DNA from: an uncultured Halobellus sp. | GTDB lineage: Archaea; Halobacteriota; Halobacteria; Halobacteriales; Haloferacaceae | Direction of reading: 5' to 3' | Assembly: GCA_964504395.1 (NCBI GenBank) | Contig: CAZDEJ010000001.1 | Coordinates: 1 to 49,014, forward strand | DNA: 49,014 bases | In this document: in pieces, positions 19,975-29,266 of the stretch | How the letters are laid out: each line of letters starts with the position of its first letter | Position numbering within the stretch: position 1 is the first letter of the stretch | Made by a program: the position numbers and the translations under genes | The notes under the pieces: generated by a model | The model's database searches: none | What the model saw: only the letters and a program-made list of their open reading frames with translations | What the model was told of the DNA's origin: nothing

Positions 19975-20367
19975 TCAGCGGCGGAGTGACCGCCCCAAAT
20001 ACGCCGCGAGATCGAAGGTCGTGACCATCCCGACGACCTCCGTCCCGTCGACCACCGGAACGTGGTGGATCAGACGGTCGACCATCGCGTCGACGACCTC
20101 GCGTGCCGGCGCGTCGCGTTCTGTCGTAACAACGTCCGTGCGCATCGCCTCGGCGACCGGGCGTGTCGGCGTCGGGTCCCCGTCGCGGACGAGCAGCACG
20201 ATGTCAGTCGCAGTGAGGAGCCCTTCGAGCCGGTTCGCGTCGTCGGCGACGACAACTGCCCCGACGTCGTGTGTGATCATCCCGTCCGCAGCGTCACGGA
20301 GCGACGTGGTTGGAGCAACCGTCTCGACGGGCCGGGACATGATCTGGTCGACGTACAGTTCGGTCAT
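19975..20367 (-). CDS. CBS-pair-only protein
   Basis: VDQIMSRPV...GLLTATD...AMRTDV...GMVTTFDL; TTTATG box about 25 nt upstream. Confidence 0.9.
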   Translation of the reverse strand: MTELYVDQIMSRPVETVAPTTSLRDAADGMITHDVGAVVVADDANRLEGLLTATDIVLLVRDGDPTPTRPVAEAMRTDVVTTERDAPAREVVDAMVDRLIHHVPVVDGTEVVGMVTTFDLAAYLGRSLRR

Positions 20368-20597
20368 GTCTGTGCGTACGATCTCCGGCATAAAGAGGTT
20401 TCCTCGGTCGGAGACGACGCCCTCGTCGACCGGCCGACTCCGGCGTTCGCCACGTCGTGCGCGATCGTGACGGTGGGAGTGGGGTGCGTCGTGTACGTCC
20501 CGGACGGGGTCGCCCGTCCGGCGTGACGGCGCCGGCGCGTCGGGACGGGGCAGCGAACGTGCAGAACAGGTATTAGAGTCGGGAGTAAAGGTAACGT

Positions 20598-21431
20598 ATG
20601 CCACGAACAGTGCTAGTGCCGACGGACGGGTCGCCGTTCTCGATTGCGGCGCTCGAACACGCCATCGAAACGTTTCCCGACGCCGCGATCACGCTCGTGT
20701 ACGTCGTCGATCCACGCTACACCGCACCGGACGTCGACAGGTCGAGGCCGGAACGGGTGTTCACCGACTCGCTCGACGTCGCCGACCGCCACGGCGTGAC
20801 CGTCGACACCGAGATCCTGACCGGTCGCCCGGCCCGCGAGATCGTGGCGTACAGCGAGCGGAACGGCTCCGACGGGATCGTGCTGGGTAGCCACGGACGG
20901 GAGGCGGCGTCGCGGGTGCTGTTCGGAAGCGTCGCCGAACGCGTCCTGCGGCGGGCCCCGGTTCCCGTCACGATCGTCCGCCCGCAGCAGCGCAGCGGGC
21001 ACGGACACCACCTCGTCCCGATCGACGGCTCGGACCAGTCGAAACGAGCGCTCGAATACGCGCTCGCGGTCTTCCCCGGGGTCCGGACGACCGTGCTCCA
21101 CGCGATCGATCCGATGGAGACGCACTACGGCGAGGGCCAACTGGTCCACTCAGAGGCGGAGTACGAACGGATCGAGCGTGAGGCGGAACGGCTGCTGACC
21201 GACGCGGTCGAGATCGCCGAGCAGTACGACGGCAACGTGACGACGACAATCGCCGTCGAGCAGGGGCCGAACCGGCCGGCGGATGCGATCCTCGACTACG
21301 TCGCGGAGAACGACGTCGACCACGTGATCGTGGGCAGCCACGGCCGGTCCGGCGCATCGAGGCTGCTGCTCGGAAGCGTGGCCGAGACCGTCGCGAGACG
21401 GTCGCCCGCTCCGGTCACGGTCGTCAGGTGA
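20598..21431 (+). CDS. Universal stress protein, two USP domains
   Basis: VPTDGS and VPIDGS; two GSHG...GSVAE motifs. Confidence 0.95.
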   Translation: MPRTVLVPTDGSPFSIAALEHAIETFPDAAITLVYVVDPRYTAPDVDRSRPERVFTDSLDVADRHGVTVDTEILTGRPAREIVAYSERNGSDGIVLGSHGREAASRVLFGSVAERVLRRAPVPVTIVRPQQRSGHGHHLVPIDGSDQSKRALEYALAVFPGVRTTVLHAIDPMETHYGEGQLVHSEAEYERIEREAERLLTDAVEIAEQYDGNVTTTIAVEQGPNRPADAILDYVAENDVDHVIVGSHGRSGASRLLLGSVAETVARRSPAPVTVVR

Positions 21432-21451
21432 GCGCGCGTCGGGCGCCGCGG

Positions 21452-21889
21452 TCAGGCGCGAGCCACCGGCGTCGTCCGGACGGTGAGCACCGGAACGTCC
21501 GACAGCCGTACCACGCGCTCGGCCGTGCTACCCAACAGCGCCCGCTGCAGCCCCGTCCGGCCGTGCGTTCCGATCACCACGAGGTCGACGTCGTTCTCCG
21601 CGGCGTAATCGAGGATTTCACGATACGGCGTCCCGCGGCGTACGGCCTCGACCGTGTGGATCCCGGCGTCGAGCGCCCGGTCGCGGATCGCCACCACCGA
21701 GGCCCGGCGGGCCGTCTCCATCCAGTCGTAGGCCGACCGGCTGTGTGAATCGAGCGGGGCGACCGAGGCGTCGACGACGTGCAGGACGTGCAGCGTCGCT
21801 TCGGCCAGCAGAGCGACGTAGATCGCGTGTTCGACGACCCTGTCCATCCCGTCGCTTCCGTCGGTCGGGAGGAGGACGTTTTCGTACAC
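21452..21889 (-). CDS. Universal stress protein, single domain
   Basis: YENVLLPTDGS and GTHGRTGLQRALLGSTAERV. Confidence 0.93.
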   Translation of the reverse strand: MYENVLLPTDGSDGMDRVVEHAIYVALLAEATLHVLHVVDASVAPLDSHSRSAYDWMETARRASVVAIRDRALDAGIHTVEAVRRGTPYREILDYAAENDVDLVVIGTHGRTGLQRALLGSTAERVVRLSDVPVLTVRTTPVARA

Positions 21890-22106
21890 GGCCCCTCAAG
21901 TTTCACACTCCGGCGTGAAAACTGATCTGCCAGGACCATCGCCGAACGCGACGACCCCCCGCCCTCGGTCACGGGGCGGCGTCGCCTCCGCGCCCGCGCG
22001 GCCCGACCGTTGCCCTCGGGCCTCCCGCCCCGAGTCCGACGGGTACGCTCCCGGCGCACCGACGCGGCCAGCCGTCCGCGCGGTCGTCCGGGCGCGCCGG
22101 CCGGGG

Positions 22107-22946
22107 TCACCCGAGCGAGATGTCGAGGTACAGCATCACGATCACGCCGACGATCGTCCCGAGGGTCGCCACCCGCTCGTTCCCGTTCGCGTGTGTCTCG
22201 GGGACGACCTCGTCGCTGATGACGAACAGCATCGCGCCTGCGGCGAACCCCATCGCGTACGGGAGGAGCGTCGATACCGCCTGTACCGCGTAGGCACCGA
22301 GAACGGCCAGCGGGATCTCGACGATGCCCGACCGAACCCCGGTGAAAACAGCGTAAAACCGTCTGTCGAGCCCGGCGTTGATCGCGGCGACCGACACCGC
22401 GAACCCCTCGGGGACGTTCTGAATCCCGATCGCGAGCATCAGCGGAACGGCCGTTCCGAGGTCGCCGCTCCCGAACCCGACCCCGACGGCGAGACCCTCG
22501 GGCATGTTGTGCAGCGTGATCGCCAGGATGAACAGCACGACTCCGGCGAGCCGGTCGTCGTCGACCGGCGGCGCCGCGTCCGGGTTCGCGGCGTCCGGCC
22601 GTCGCCGTCCGGAGAGCAGATAATGCGCGTGGGGGACGAGCACGTCCGACCGGTCCAAGAAGAGCGCTCCCAGTGCCGTCCCGACCAGCACTGGAACCGG
22701 ACTGCCGCCGGGAGTATACGTTTCGACGCCCGGAACGATGAGGCTCGTGAACGACGCCGCGAGCATCACTCCGGCCGCGAACCCGAGCGCCCCGTCCATC
22801 GCCCGCCTGGTCGGATCGCGCCAGACGAACACCATCGACGCACCGAGGAGGTTGAGGAGCGCGATGACCACGCCTCCGACGAGGCCGTGAACGACGGCGT
22901 CTCTCCCGAACAGTCGTACGAACTGCTCCAGTATCACATCACTCAT
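22107..22946 (-). CDS. ZIP (GufA-like) metal transporter
   Basis: GFAAGVML, ITLHNMPEG, IGIQNVPEG and EVVPE motifs. Confidence 0.93.
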   Translation of the reverse strand: MSDVILEQFVRLFGRDAVVHGLVGGVVIALLNLLGASMVFVWRDPTRRAMDGALGFAAGVMLAASFTSLIVPGVETYTPGGSPVPVLVGTALGALFLDRSDVLVPHAHYLLSGRRRPDAANPDAAPPVDDDRLAGVVLFILAITLHNMPEGLAVGVGFGSGDLGTAVPLMLAIGIQNVPEGFAVSVAAINAGLDRRFYAVFTGVRSGIVEIPLAVLGAYAVQAVSTLLPYAMGFAAGAMLFVISDEVVPETHANGNERVATLGTIVGVIVMLYLDISLG

Positions 22947-23254
22947 CTCGTTGTCTCGACTTTGGGGTCCAAACCACAGTTCGTCCCGTGTCAACTTAGT
23001 CATGAGCCGTCAACACACTATCGGTGACGTGTTACCGTCGCGTCCGGTTCCGACAGCGACCACGGCATCCGGACGCGGGCCACAACCGCTCGCGAAGGGG
23101 ATCGCCCAGCGACACGAGTGCGGGCGCCGTGCTCCGACAGCGTGTCGCGGGCCGCCGCTTCCGACCGGAGTCGCGGGTTAAACGGGTTCGGCATCCATAC
23201 CGAGTTCTTTCCACGACGCGGGCCGACAGTCCGGCCGCAGGAGGCCACACGTCC

Positions 23255-23425
23255 ATGGTACACCAATACACGTGCAGCGCCTGCGCGTTCCAGGTTCGCT
23301 CGGACGACGACGACGAAGTGATCGAATTGGTCCGGAACCACGCCGACGGGAGTCACGGGATGGAGGTCGCACCGCAGGACGTCCGCGACGGGTGGGAGGA
23401 AGTGGAACTCCCGGCAGACGACTGA
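23255..23425 (+). CDS. DUF1059-like small metal-binding protein
   Basis: MVHQYTCSACAFQVRSDDDDEVIELVRNHADGSHGM (CxxC...HxxxxH); GGAGG upstream. Confidence 0.8.
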   Translation: MVHQYTCSACAFQVRSDDDDEVIELVRNHADGSHGMEVAPQDVRDGWEEVELPADD

Positions 23426-23705
23426 GACCGATTGTTGTGACGACCGACCGGTCGTCGCCGGCGGTGAGGTCGGCAATGACCGGTCACTAACCACACTGAT
23501 CCGTACGATGCCGACTCGCGGCCGTCGCGTCGCGTCGCGGCGCCCGCGGGACCCCGACTCCCGGAGAGAGTCAGAAATCGCCGTCAGGCGTCGGCGGTGA
23601 TGTCGTGTCGGAACTCGTGCCGTCGAACGGACCCGAGCGGGGTTCGAACGCGACCGCCCGCACCGTCAAAGCAGGCGGTCGCCGGCGACGGCGGGACGAA
23701 CGCGG

Positions 23706-23852
23706 CTACGAGGCCGGGGTCGCACTACTCCCGGTGATCAGGGCTCGAAACGAGGTGCACTCCGGACAGCCGAACACCTCGCCGTCGTTGCTCCCGAAGA
23801 CGCGTGCGAAGTCGGGTGTGACGAACGCGCCGCAGTTCCGGCAGTTTGGCAC
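23706..23852 (-). CDS. Small CPxCG-related zinc-finger protein (DUF7563-like)
   Basis: MPNCRNCGAFVTPDFARVFGSNDGEVFGCPEC; GAGGTGA SD-like sequence before the GTG. Confidence 0.8.
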   Translation of the reverse strand: MPNCRNCGAFVTPDFARVFGSNDGEVFGCPECTSFRALITGSSATPAS

Positions 23853-24060
23853 TAGTATCACCTCGGGCGGGAGAATCGTACTCGGATCGTGAACATAGGG
23901 TTTCGGTATCGACACCAAACCCCGTTATTGCTGGTCCGGGACCGGCGTTCCGGGTAGTCGGCGTCGCCGGCGACGTAACTCGGGGTTACTGCCCGAGTCC
24001 GGATTCAGCGCACGATAACGACGGTCATTACTATTCGCCCCGAGTGCGACGCCGACGGCA

Positions 24061-24711
24061 ATGGTCGTAGTGACGGAGGTCCGGATCCCCTCCGACGACT
24101 TCAAACTCGAACGGGTGCTGGAAGGGAACGACGGCCTGCGGGTCGAGGTCGAGCGCATCATTCCGGCCGGGGAGCGGCCCACGCGACACCTCTGGGTGCG
24201 GGGGATCGACGCGGAGGACGCGACGAGCCTGTTCGCGCGCGACGGCGACGTCGAGCGGACCGAGCTCGTCGCCCGGGTCCGCGACTCGGTCCTGCTCCGG
24301 GTCGAGTGGGCGGCGTACGTCGAGGCGTTCTTCGAGGCGCTCGTCTCGGCGGACGGGACCTGCCTCAGAGGCGTCGCGCGCGACGGCGCCTGGCAGTTCA
24401 CCCTGCGGTTCGGGTCCCGGGAGAGCCTGGCCGGCTTCTACCGGGCGTGCGTCTCCCGAGGCGTCTCCGTGACCGTGCGACGGGTCCACGGCCCACCGTC
24501 GGCGGGACGTAACAGCACCGTGGGGTCGCTCTCGGATCGACAGTACGAGGCGCTCCGGACCGCGTTCGAGGCGGGATACTTCGCTATTCCACGGGGGATC
24601 ACGCTCCAAGAGCTGGCCACCCGGCTCGGGATCTCGGATACGGCGGCGTCCCACCGGATCCGCCGGGGGTTACAGACGATCCTCGGGGCGGAGATCGGCG
24701 CCCCGGCGTGA
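24061..24711 (+). CDS. HTH-10 (Bat-like) transcription regulator
   Basis: C-terminal LSDRQYEALRTAFEAGYFAIPRGITLQELATRLGIS. Confidence 0.92.
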   Translation: MVVVTEVRIPSDDFKLERVLEGNDGLRVEVERIIPAGERPTRHLWVRGIDAEDATSLFARDGDVERTELVARVRDSVLLRVEWAAYVEAFFEALVSADGTCLRGVARDGAWQFTLRFGSRESLAGFYRACVSRGVSVTVRRVHGPPSAGRNSTVGSLSDRQYEALRTAFEAGYFAIPRGITLQELATRLGISDTAASHRIRRGLQTILGAEIGAPA

Positions 24712-24722
24712 CTCGTGATAAA

Positions 24723-24748
24723 AACGTTCAGGGTCGATACTGAACGTT
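24723..24748. promoter_or_regulatory. Perfect palindrome, candidate operator
   Basis: AACGTTCAG-N8-CTGAACGTT, 12 nt after the HTH-10 stop codon. Confidence 0.55.
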
Positions 24749-24830
24749 GATGTCCGTGCTCGGCGAACCGTACAACCGCGTCGGGAAGCCGAACCGGGTT
24801 CTCCCGACCGCACCGACCGAGGAGACCACT

Positions 24831-25073
24831 ATGGTACGCGATTTCAACTCCGACGACGAAGGGAAACGGGTCGTGACCGCCGACGGCGACATGATCGGGA
24901 CAATCGAGGAGGCGTCCGGAGCCTCGGCTCACGTTGCTCCCGACGAGGACCTCTCGCGCGGGACCCGCCGGCGTCTCGGATGGACGGAGGAGGGAGAAGA
25001 GACCTACCAACTGCAGAAGTCGAAGGTCAACCGAATCACCGACACCGAGGTCCGCCTCCGGCGGACCCTGTAG
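24831..25073 (+). CDS. Small PRC-barrel-like protein
   Basis: MVRDFNSDDEGKRVVTADGDMIGTIEE...LGW; GAGGAG upstream. Confidence 0.8.
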   Translation: MVRDFNSDDEGKRVVTADGDMIGTIEEASGASAHVAPDEDLSRGTRRRLGWTEEGEETYQLQKSKVNRITDTEVRLRRTL

Positions 25074-25251
25074 CCGGGGAGCCGGATCCGCCCCGGACTG
25101 ACGCCGTTCTTTCTGCGGGACCCGAACGCCGGTACCGCAACCGCCACCCGCGTGCCCGAAGCGACCGAGCCGTCGGCGCCCGGAAACCCCGGCGTCGTCG
25201 TTGACTGCGCTCCGGGCGGCGGTAGGAAGATGCTACCGCAGGCTGTACGGA

Positions 25252-25279
25252 TCAATTTACACCCTATAGTGTAAAGCTA
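25252..25279. promoter_or_regulatory. TTTACAC-N6-GTGTAAA palindrome, best copy of the element
   Basis: tcaatttacac cctata gtgtaaagcta, in the gap between convergent genes. Confidence 0.6.
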
Positions 25280-25536
25280 TCCCGATGGTGAGCGGACGGT
25301 CGGTTCGCGGAACCGGTAGGTGAGTAGTCGGCGGCTACCCCGCGGTCACTCGCCGTGTCCGCGTTCGCCGGCGTACGGAACGTGGCGACGCCGGACGGCG
25401 TGCCGCACGCGACTCCACGGTCGCAGCACCAAGCCGCCGCACCGGTCGTCGCCGGTGCCTCGCGTTCGACGCCGGTCGGCCGCCGGCCTCAGCAGGCGGG
25501 TCGAGAGGTGGGCCCCCGGCGTACTTTGGGGGGTGA

Positions 25537-25989
25537 CTACTCCCCGTCGATCTCTATTCTCCGGGCTTCCTCGATCTCGGTCTTCGGGAGCGTGATCGTG
25601 AGGACGCCGTTTCGCATTCGGGCTGCCACGCCCTGCTTGTCGACCTCCCCGGGGAGCCGCACGGAGCGATCCGTCGACTCGTGCCGGCGTTCGTGCCGGA
25701 TGAACCGCTCGCCTTCCTCGTCGTGGACCGCCTCGCGTTCCGCCTCGATCCGGAGCGTGTGGTCCGTGACCCGGATGTCGACGTCGTCGCGTTCGAAGCC
25801 GGGGAGGTCGACGGTCACGACGAACTCTCCGTCGCGGTCGACCAGATCGATCGCCATCGACTCGGCGCCCGACGCCCATCGGCCGAGCGGTCCTTCCGCC
25901 TCCCACACACGGGACGCGTCGTCAAACTGCCGACTCATGGCCTCGAGAAGCCGTTCCAGTTCCTCGAACGGGTTACTGCGTGTACTCAT
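25537..25989 (-). CDS. Hsp20/alpha-crystallin small heat shock protein
   Basis: NPFEELERL, DLPG, RSVRLP, NGVLTITLPK and C-terminal IEI motif. Confidence 0.95.
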   Translation of the reverse strand: MSTRSNPFEELERLLEAMSRQFDDASRVWEAEGPLGRWASGAESMAIDLVDRDGEFVVTVDLPGFERDDVDIRVTDHTLRIEAEREAVHDEEGERFIRHERRHESTDRSVRLPGEVDKQGVAARMRNGVLTITLPKTEIEEARRIEIDGE

Positions 25990-26125
25990 TGGTGGTTCAC
26001 CCCTTAGGGCTACGACGACGACGATAAAATACGCTGCGGTTCGGTACCCCACCGCACTCGCCGCTCGGCGGTCCGCGCGGGAACGACGGGTGACGGAGCC
26101 GTACCGGAGCCACGACCGACAGGAG

Positions 26126-26887
26126 TCACATGAACATCCTGTCGTCGGGGTACTCCCGGGTCCCGAGCGACTGTTCGCCCTCTCCCAGCGATTCCATACG
26201 CTGGGCCAACTCCCGGTAGTACTGCTTCAGTTCCTCCGAGCGGGCCCGCAACTCCTGCGCGTCGACGGTGAACCCGTAGACCCGCTGGACGGCCTCCAAC
26301 AGGAGCAGCGAGGCGTCGATGTCGGGGCCGGGCGGGTGGGTGGGGGTCACGTAGACGCCGACCGGCGGCGCGCGGTCGTCGAGCCCTCGCGTGGTGATCT
26401 CGCCGATCACCCCGTCGAGGACCCCCCCACCGAGCGGTTGAATGTCGGTGCCGGCCAGCCGGCGAGTGCGGTACGACGGGGTCGAAACGTGGAACACGGC
26501 GTGCTCCTCCGGCCCGTGCGGAAACGGAACGCCGTGAAGCACCGCGATCTCCTCGACCCCCGCGGAGGCGCTCCACTCGGAGAGCGCATCGGCGAACGGC
26601 TGTGCGGCCCACACCGGGACGAACAGCTCCCCGAGCAGCACCGACAACTCCGTTCCGTCGAGAGTGTAGAGTCGCGTGGGGTGCCGTGGCTCCCCGTTCT
26701 GGAACGGTGTGATGGCGGGAAAGCCGTTCGCAGCCACGTGACCGATCTGCTCGGACTCGACGTGCCTGACCAGGTAATCGGCCGCCGTCACGCCGGCCAT
26801 GCCCAAGTGGGACAGCCCGACCAGAAGCGTCTCTCCGGGCGGTCGGTCGGACGATACGCGGACCTCGAACGTGGGATTCGAGTCCAT
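26126..26887 (-). CDS. Proteasome assembly chaperone (PAC2) family protein
   Basis: GLSHLGMAGVTAADYLV, PRHPTRLY, GPDIDA and C-terminal DRMFM. Confidence 0.85.
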   Translation of the reverse strand: MDSNPTFEVRVSSDRPPGETLLVGLSHLGMAGVTAADYLVRHVESEQIGHVAANGFPAITPFQNGEPRHPTRLYTLDGTELSVLLGELFVPVWAAQPFADALSEWSASAGVEEIAVLHGVPFPHGPEEHAVFHVSTPSYRTRRLAGTDIQPLGGGVLDGVIGEITTRGLDDRAPPVGVYVTPTHPPGPDIDASLLLLEAVQRVYGFTVDAQELRARSEELKQYYRELAQRMESLGEGEQSLGTREYPDDRMFM

Positions 26888-27137
26888 ACCGCCGACGTAC
26901 GACGTGACCCGATAAAATGCTATGTCCGGAGGGAAGACACCCCCGGCGAACGGCGAATGGCGCCGAACCGTCGTTTGGGATGGACGATCACCCCGTGGCC
27001 ACCGTCGACGGGCGCGACGAGTGGGGACGGGCCGCACGTCACGGAGTACGGTTCGTTCGGGCGTTCGCTGCGACCGTGGCTGGTCCCTCCGTCGTCGAGC
27101 GAGCGGCGTCGCTTGACGGCGCGGACTCTCCGACCGG

Positions 27138-27866
27138 TCACTGTGCGGTCCATCCGCCGTCGACCGGAACGTTCACCCCCGTGATGTACGACGCCTCGTC
27201 CGAGGCGAGAAACGCCGCCACACCCGCGATCTCCTCGGGTTGTGCGATCCGGCCTATCGGGGTCTGACCGCGAACGTATTCGTAGAACTCGTCGTCGTCG
27301 AAGGCCGGGCCGGTCATCGGCGTATCGACGAATCCCGGACAGATGCTGTTGACGCGCACGTTCCGTCGGGCGTAATCGACGGCGACCGATCGGGTGAAGT
27401 TGACGACGCCACCCTTGGCGGTTGCGTACGCGGTCGCCGTCGGGCCCGCGACCAACCCGTAGATCGACGCGACGTTGACGACGCACCCCTCGGAATCGAT
27501 CAGGTGCGGAATCGCAGCCCGAGTCCCGTGCATGACGCCGGTCAGGTTGATCCGGATCACGTCGTGCCAGTCCGTGAGCGTGGTGCTCTCGACGGTCCCG
27601 GTTCGGCCGATCCCCGCGTTGTTTACGATCGCGTCGAGTCGGCCGTGGTCGTCTACGACCGTCTCGACGAGCGCCTCGACCTGCTCGTACTCGGCGACGT
27701 CACAATGAACGAAGTCACACCCGAGCGCCTCGGCCGTCGCCCGTCCGGTCTCGGCCGACCGGTTTGCGATCACGACGGTGGCGCCGTGGTCAAGATATCG
27801 CTCGGCAGTCGCACGTCCGATACCCGTCGATCCACCCGTAACGATCGCGACCGCTCCGTCGAGCAT
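27138..27866 (-). CDS. SDR family oxidoreductase
   Basis: TGGSTGIG, NNAG, YATAK and VRVNSICPG motifs. Confidence 0.95.
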   Translation of the reverse strand: MLDGAVAIVTGGSTGIGRATAERYLDHGATVVIANRSAETGRATAEALGCDFVHCDVAEYEQVEALVETVVDDHGRLDAIVNNAGIGRTGTVESTTLTDWHDVIRINLTGVMHGTRAAIPHLIDSEGCVVNVASIYGLVAGPTATAYATAKGGVVNFTRSVAVDYARRNVRVNSICPGFVDTPMTGPAFDDDEFYEYVRGQTPIGRIAQPEEIAGVAAFLASDEASYITGVNVPVDGGWTAQ

Positions 27867-27961
27867 AACGGGAGCTACCACGGGATTCGGAATAAGTACA
27901 CGCCCGCTACGACCGGGGAGTTCGGCGGCGACCTCCGGAGGGCGGGGTCCGATCGGCGGCG

Positions 27962-28393
27962 TTACTCGACGGTCGACCGCCCAGCGACGGTCGCCATCTC
28001 CAGTTCGTACACCACGAACTCGACCGCCTCGACCGGCTCGTCGAAGAGGCGGAACGGCTGGAACCGCTCGTTGAGTGTCGCCTCGTCGACGTCGTCGTCC
28101 AGTCTCCGGAGCGGACCGCGGATCTGGATGCTCCACGACTCGTGTGTCGACGCCGCGTGGCAGACGAAGGTGGCCGTGTCGGTCGCCGATAGGAACCGTC
28201 CCTTCTCGCCGTCGTCGTCGTGGGCACTCACTCTGAGGAGGAACCGATCGCCGTCGTAGTCGTAGCTCAGCGGCACCGCGTACGCGTCGTTCCCGTCCGC
28301 CAACCCGAGGACGCCGTGCTCGCCCGCCCGGAGGCGGGCGTCGATGTCGGACCGATCCATACCGGCAGTGTACACGTACTCGACGTGGTCCAT
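27962..28393 (-). CDS. Pyridoxamine 5'-phosphate oxidase-like flavin-binding protein
   Basis: GVLGLADGNDAYAVPLSY...SWSIQIRG...GR split-barrel pattern. Confidence 0.85.
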   Translation of the reverse strand: MDHVEYVYTAGMDRSDIDARLRAGEHGVLGLADGNDAYAVPLSYDYDGDRFLLRVSAHDDDGEKGRFLSATDTATFVCHAASTHESWSIQIRGPLRRLDDDVDEATLNERFQPFRLFDEPVEAVEFVVYELEMATVAGRSTVE

Positions 28394-28548
28394 ACCGGGG
28401 CTACGCGGCACACACTAAAGTACCCTCCTCGGCGGTTCGCACCGGACAGCCCGTCGCTCCCGCGGCCGCAGGAAACGGGTCGTCTTCGACGACCGCACGG
28501 ACCCCGGAGGGACCGGTTCAGCCCCATCGGATCCGCGTACTCCCGGAG

Positions 28549-29130
28549 CTACGCCACGAGGGGGACGAACACGCGCACGTCTCCCAAAACGACTAACAGC
28601 GCACCCACGACGTCGAACGCGAGGTCGATGGCGGTGTCGCGGCGGCCGTAGTAGACCAGTACCGGCTCGACGTCGTACCGGGCGCCGACCTCGCGGGCGG
28701 CCACCTCGATCAGCTCCCAGCAGACGCCGACGACGAACGTCCACGCCACCGTCGCGGCCGCGACGACGACCGAGGGACGGGCGGCGTCCCCCACACCCGG
28801 AAACCAGACCGGGAGGCCGGCGTAGAGTAACGCGGCGACGAGCGCGGCGGAGACGGTGTGGGTGAGGTGGTCCCACCAGCTCGTGGACTCGTAGAGCCCC
28901 AACATCCCGAGGGAGTGGAGAAACCCGGCGCCGGCGAGCCACGCCGGAAGCACGGGGCCGACCGCGACACCCCGGAGAGCGGCGTCGGCGAGGACGGGAA
29001 GCGCGGCCAACGCGAACGCGCCGCCCGCGTTGACGACTGCGGCGACGTCCCGACGCCGAATCGCCACGGCGACACAGACGAGGGTGGCACACTGAAACGC
29101 GACGAGGGCGAGCGAGGCGATGGCGGCCAT
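28549..29130 (-). CDS. Membrane protein with WWDHLTH and WELIE motifs (DUF2238-like)
   Basis: FLHSLG, WWDHLTH, WELIE and DTAIDLAFD motifs. Confidence 0.7.
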   Translation of the reverse strand: MAAIASLALVAFQCATLVCVAVAIRRRDVAAVVNAGGAFALAALPVLADAALRGVAVGPVLPAWLAGAGFLHSLGMLGLYESTSWWDHLTHTVSAALVAALLYAGLPVWFPGVGDAARPSVVVAAATVAWTFVVGVCWELIEVAAREVGARYDVEPVLVYYGRRDTAIDLAFDVVGALLVVLGDVRVFVPLVA

Positions 29131-29266
29131 CCGTGTCGGCGGTTCATCCAAGCCCGCGCACTTCAGTACGGCCACGCTACGCCGGCCCGGCCGTGCGGTG
29201 GCGGGTCACCGGTCGACGCCGCGGCGGAGGGGGCGGTTTTTAGACGGGCCGCCTCGATACCCGTCC

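Noticed and set aside
20399..20415. TTTCC-N7-GAGAC as a member of the TTC-N11-GAA set
   Set aside because: Mismatches in both arms and only about 4 nt from the TATA box, unlike the 11-13 nt of accepted copies.
25355..27184. 609-aa plus-strand ORF
   Set aside because: Spans the antisense strands of Hsp20 and PAC2; chance open frame.
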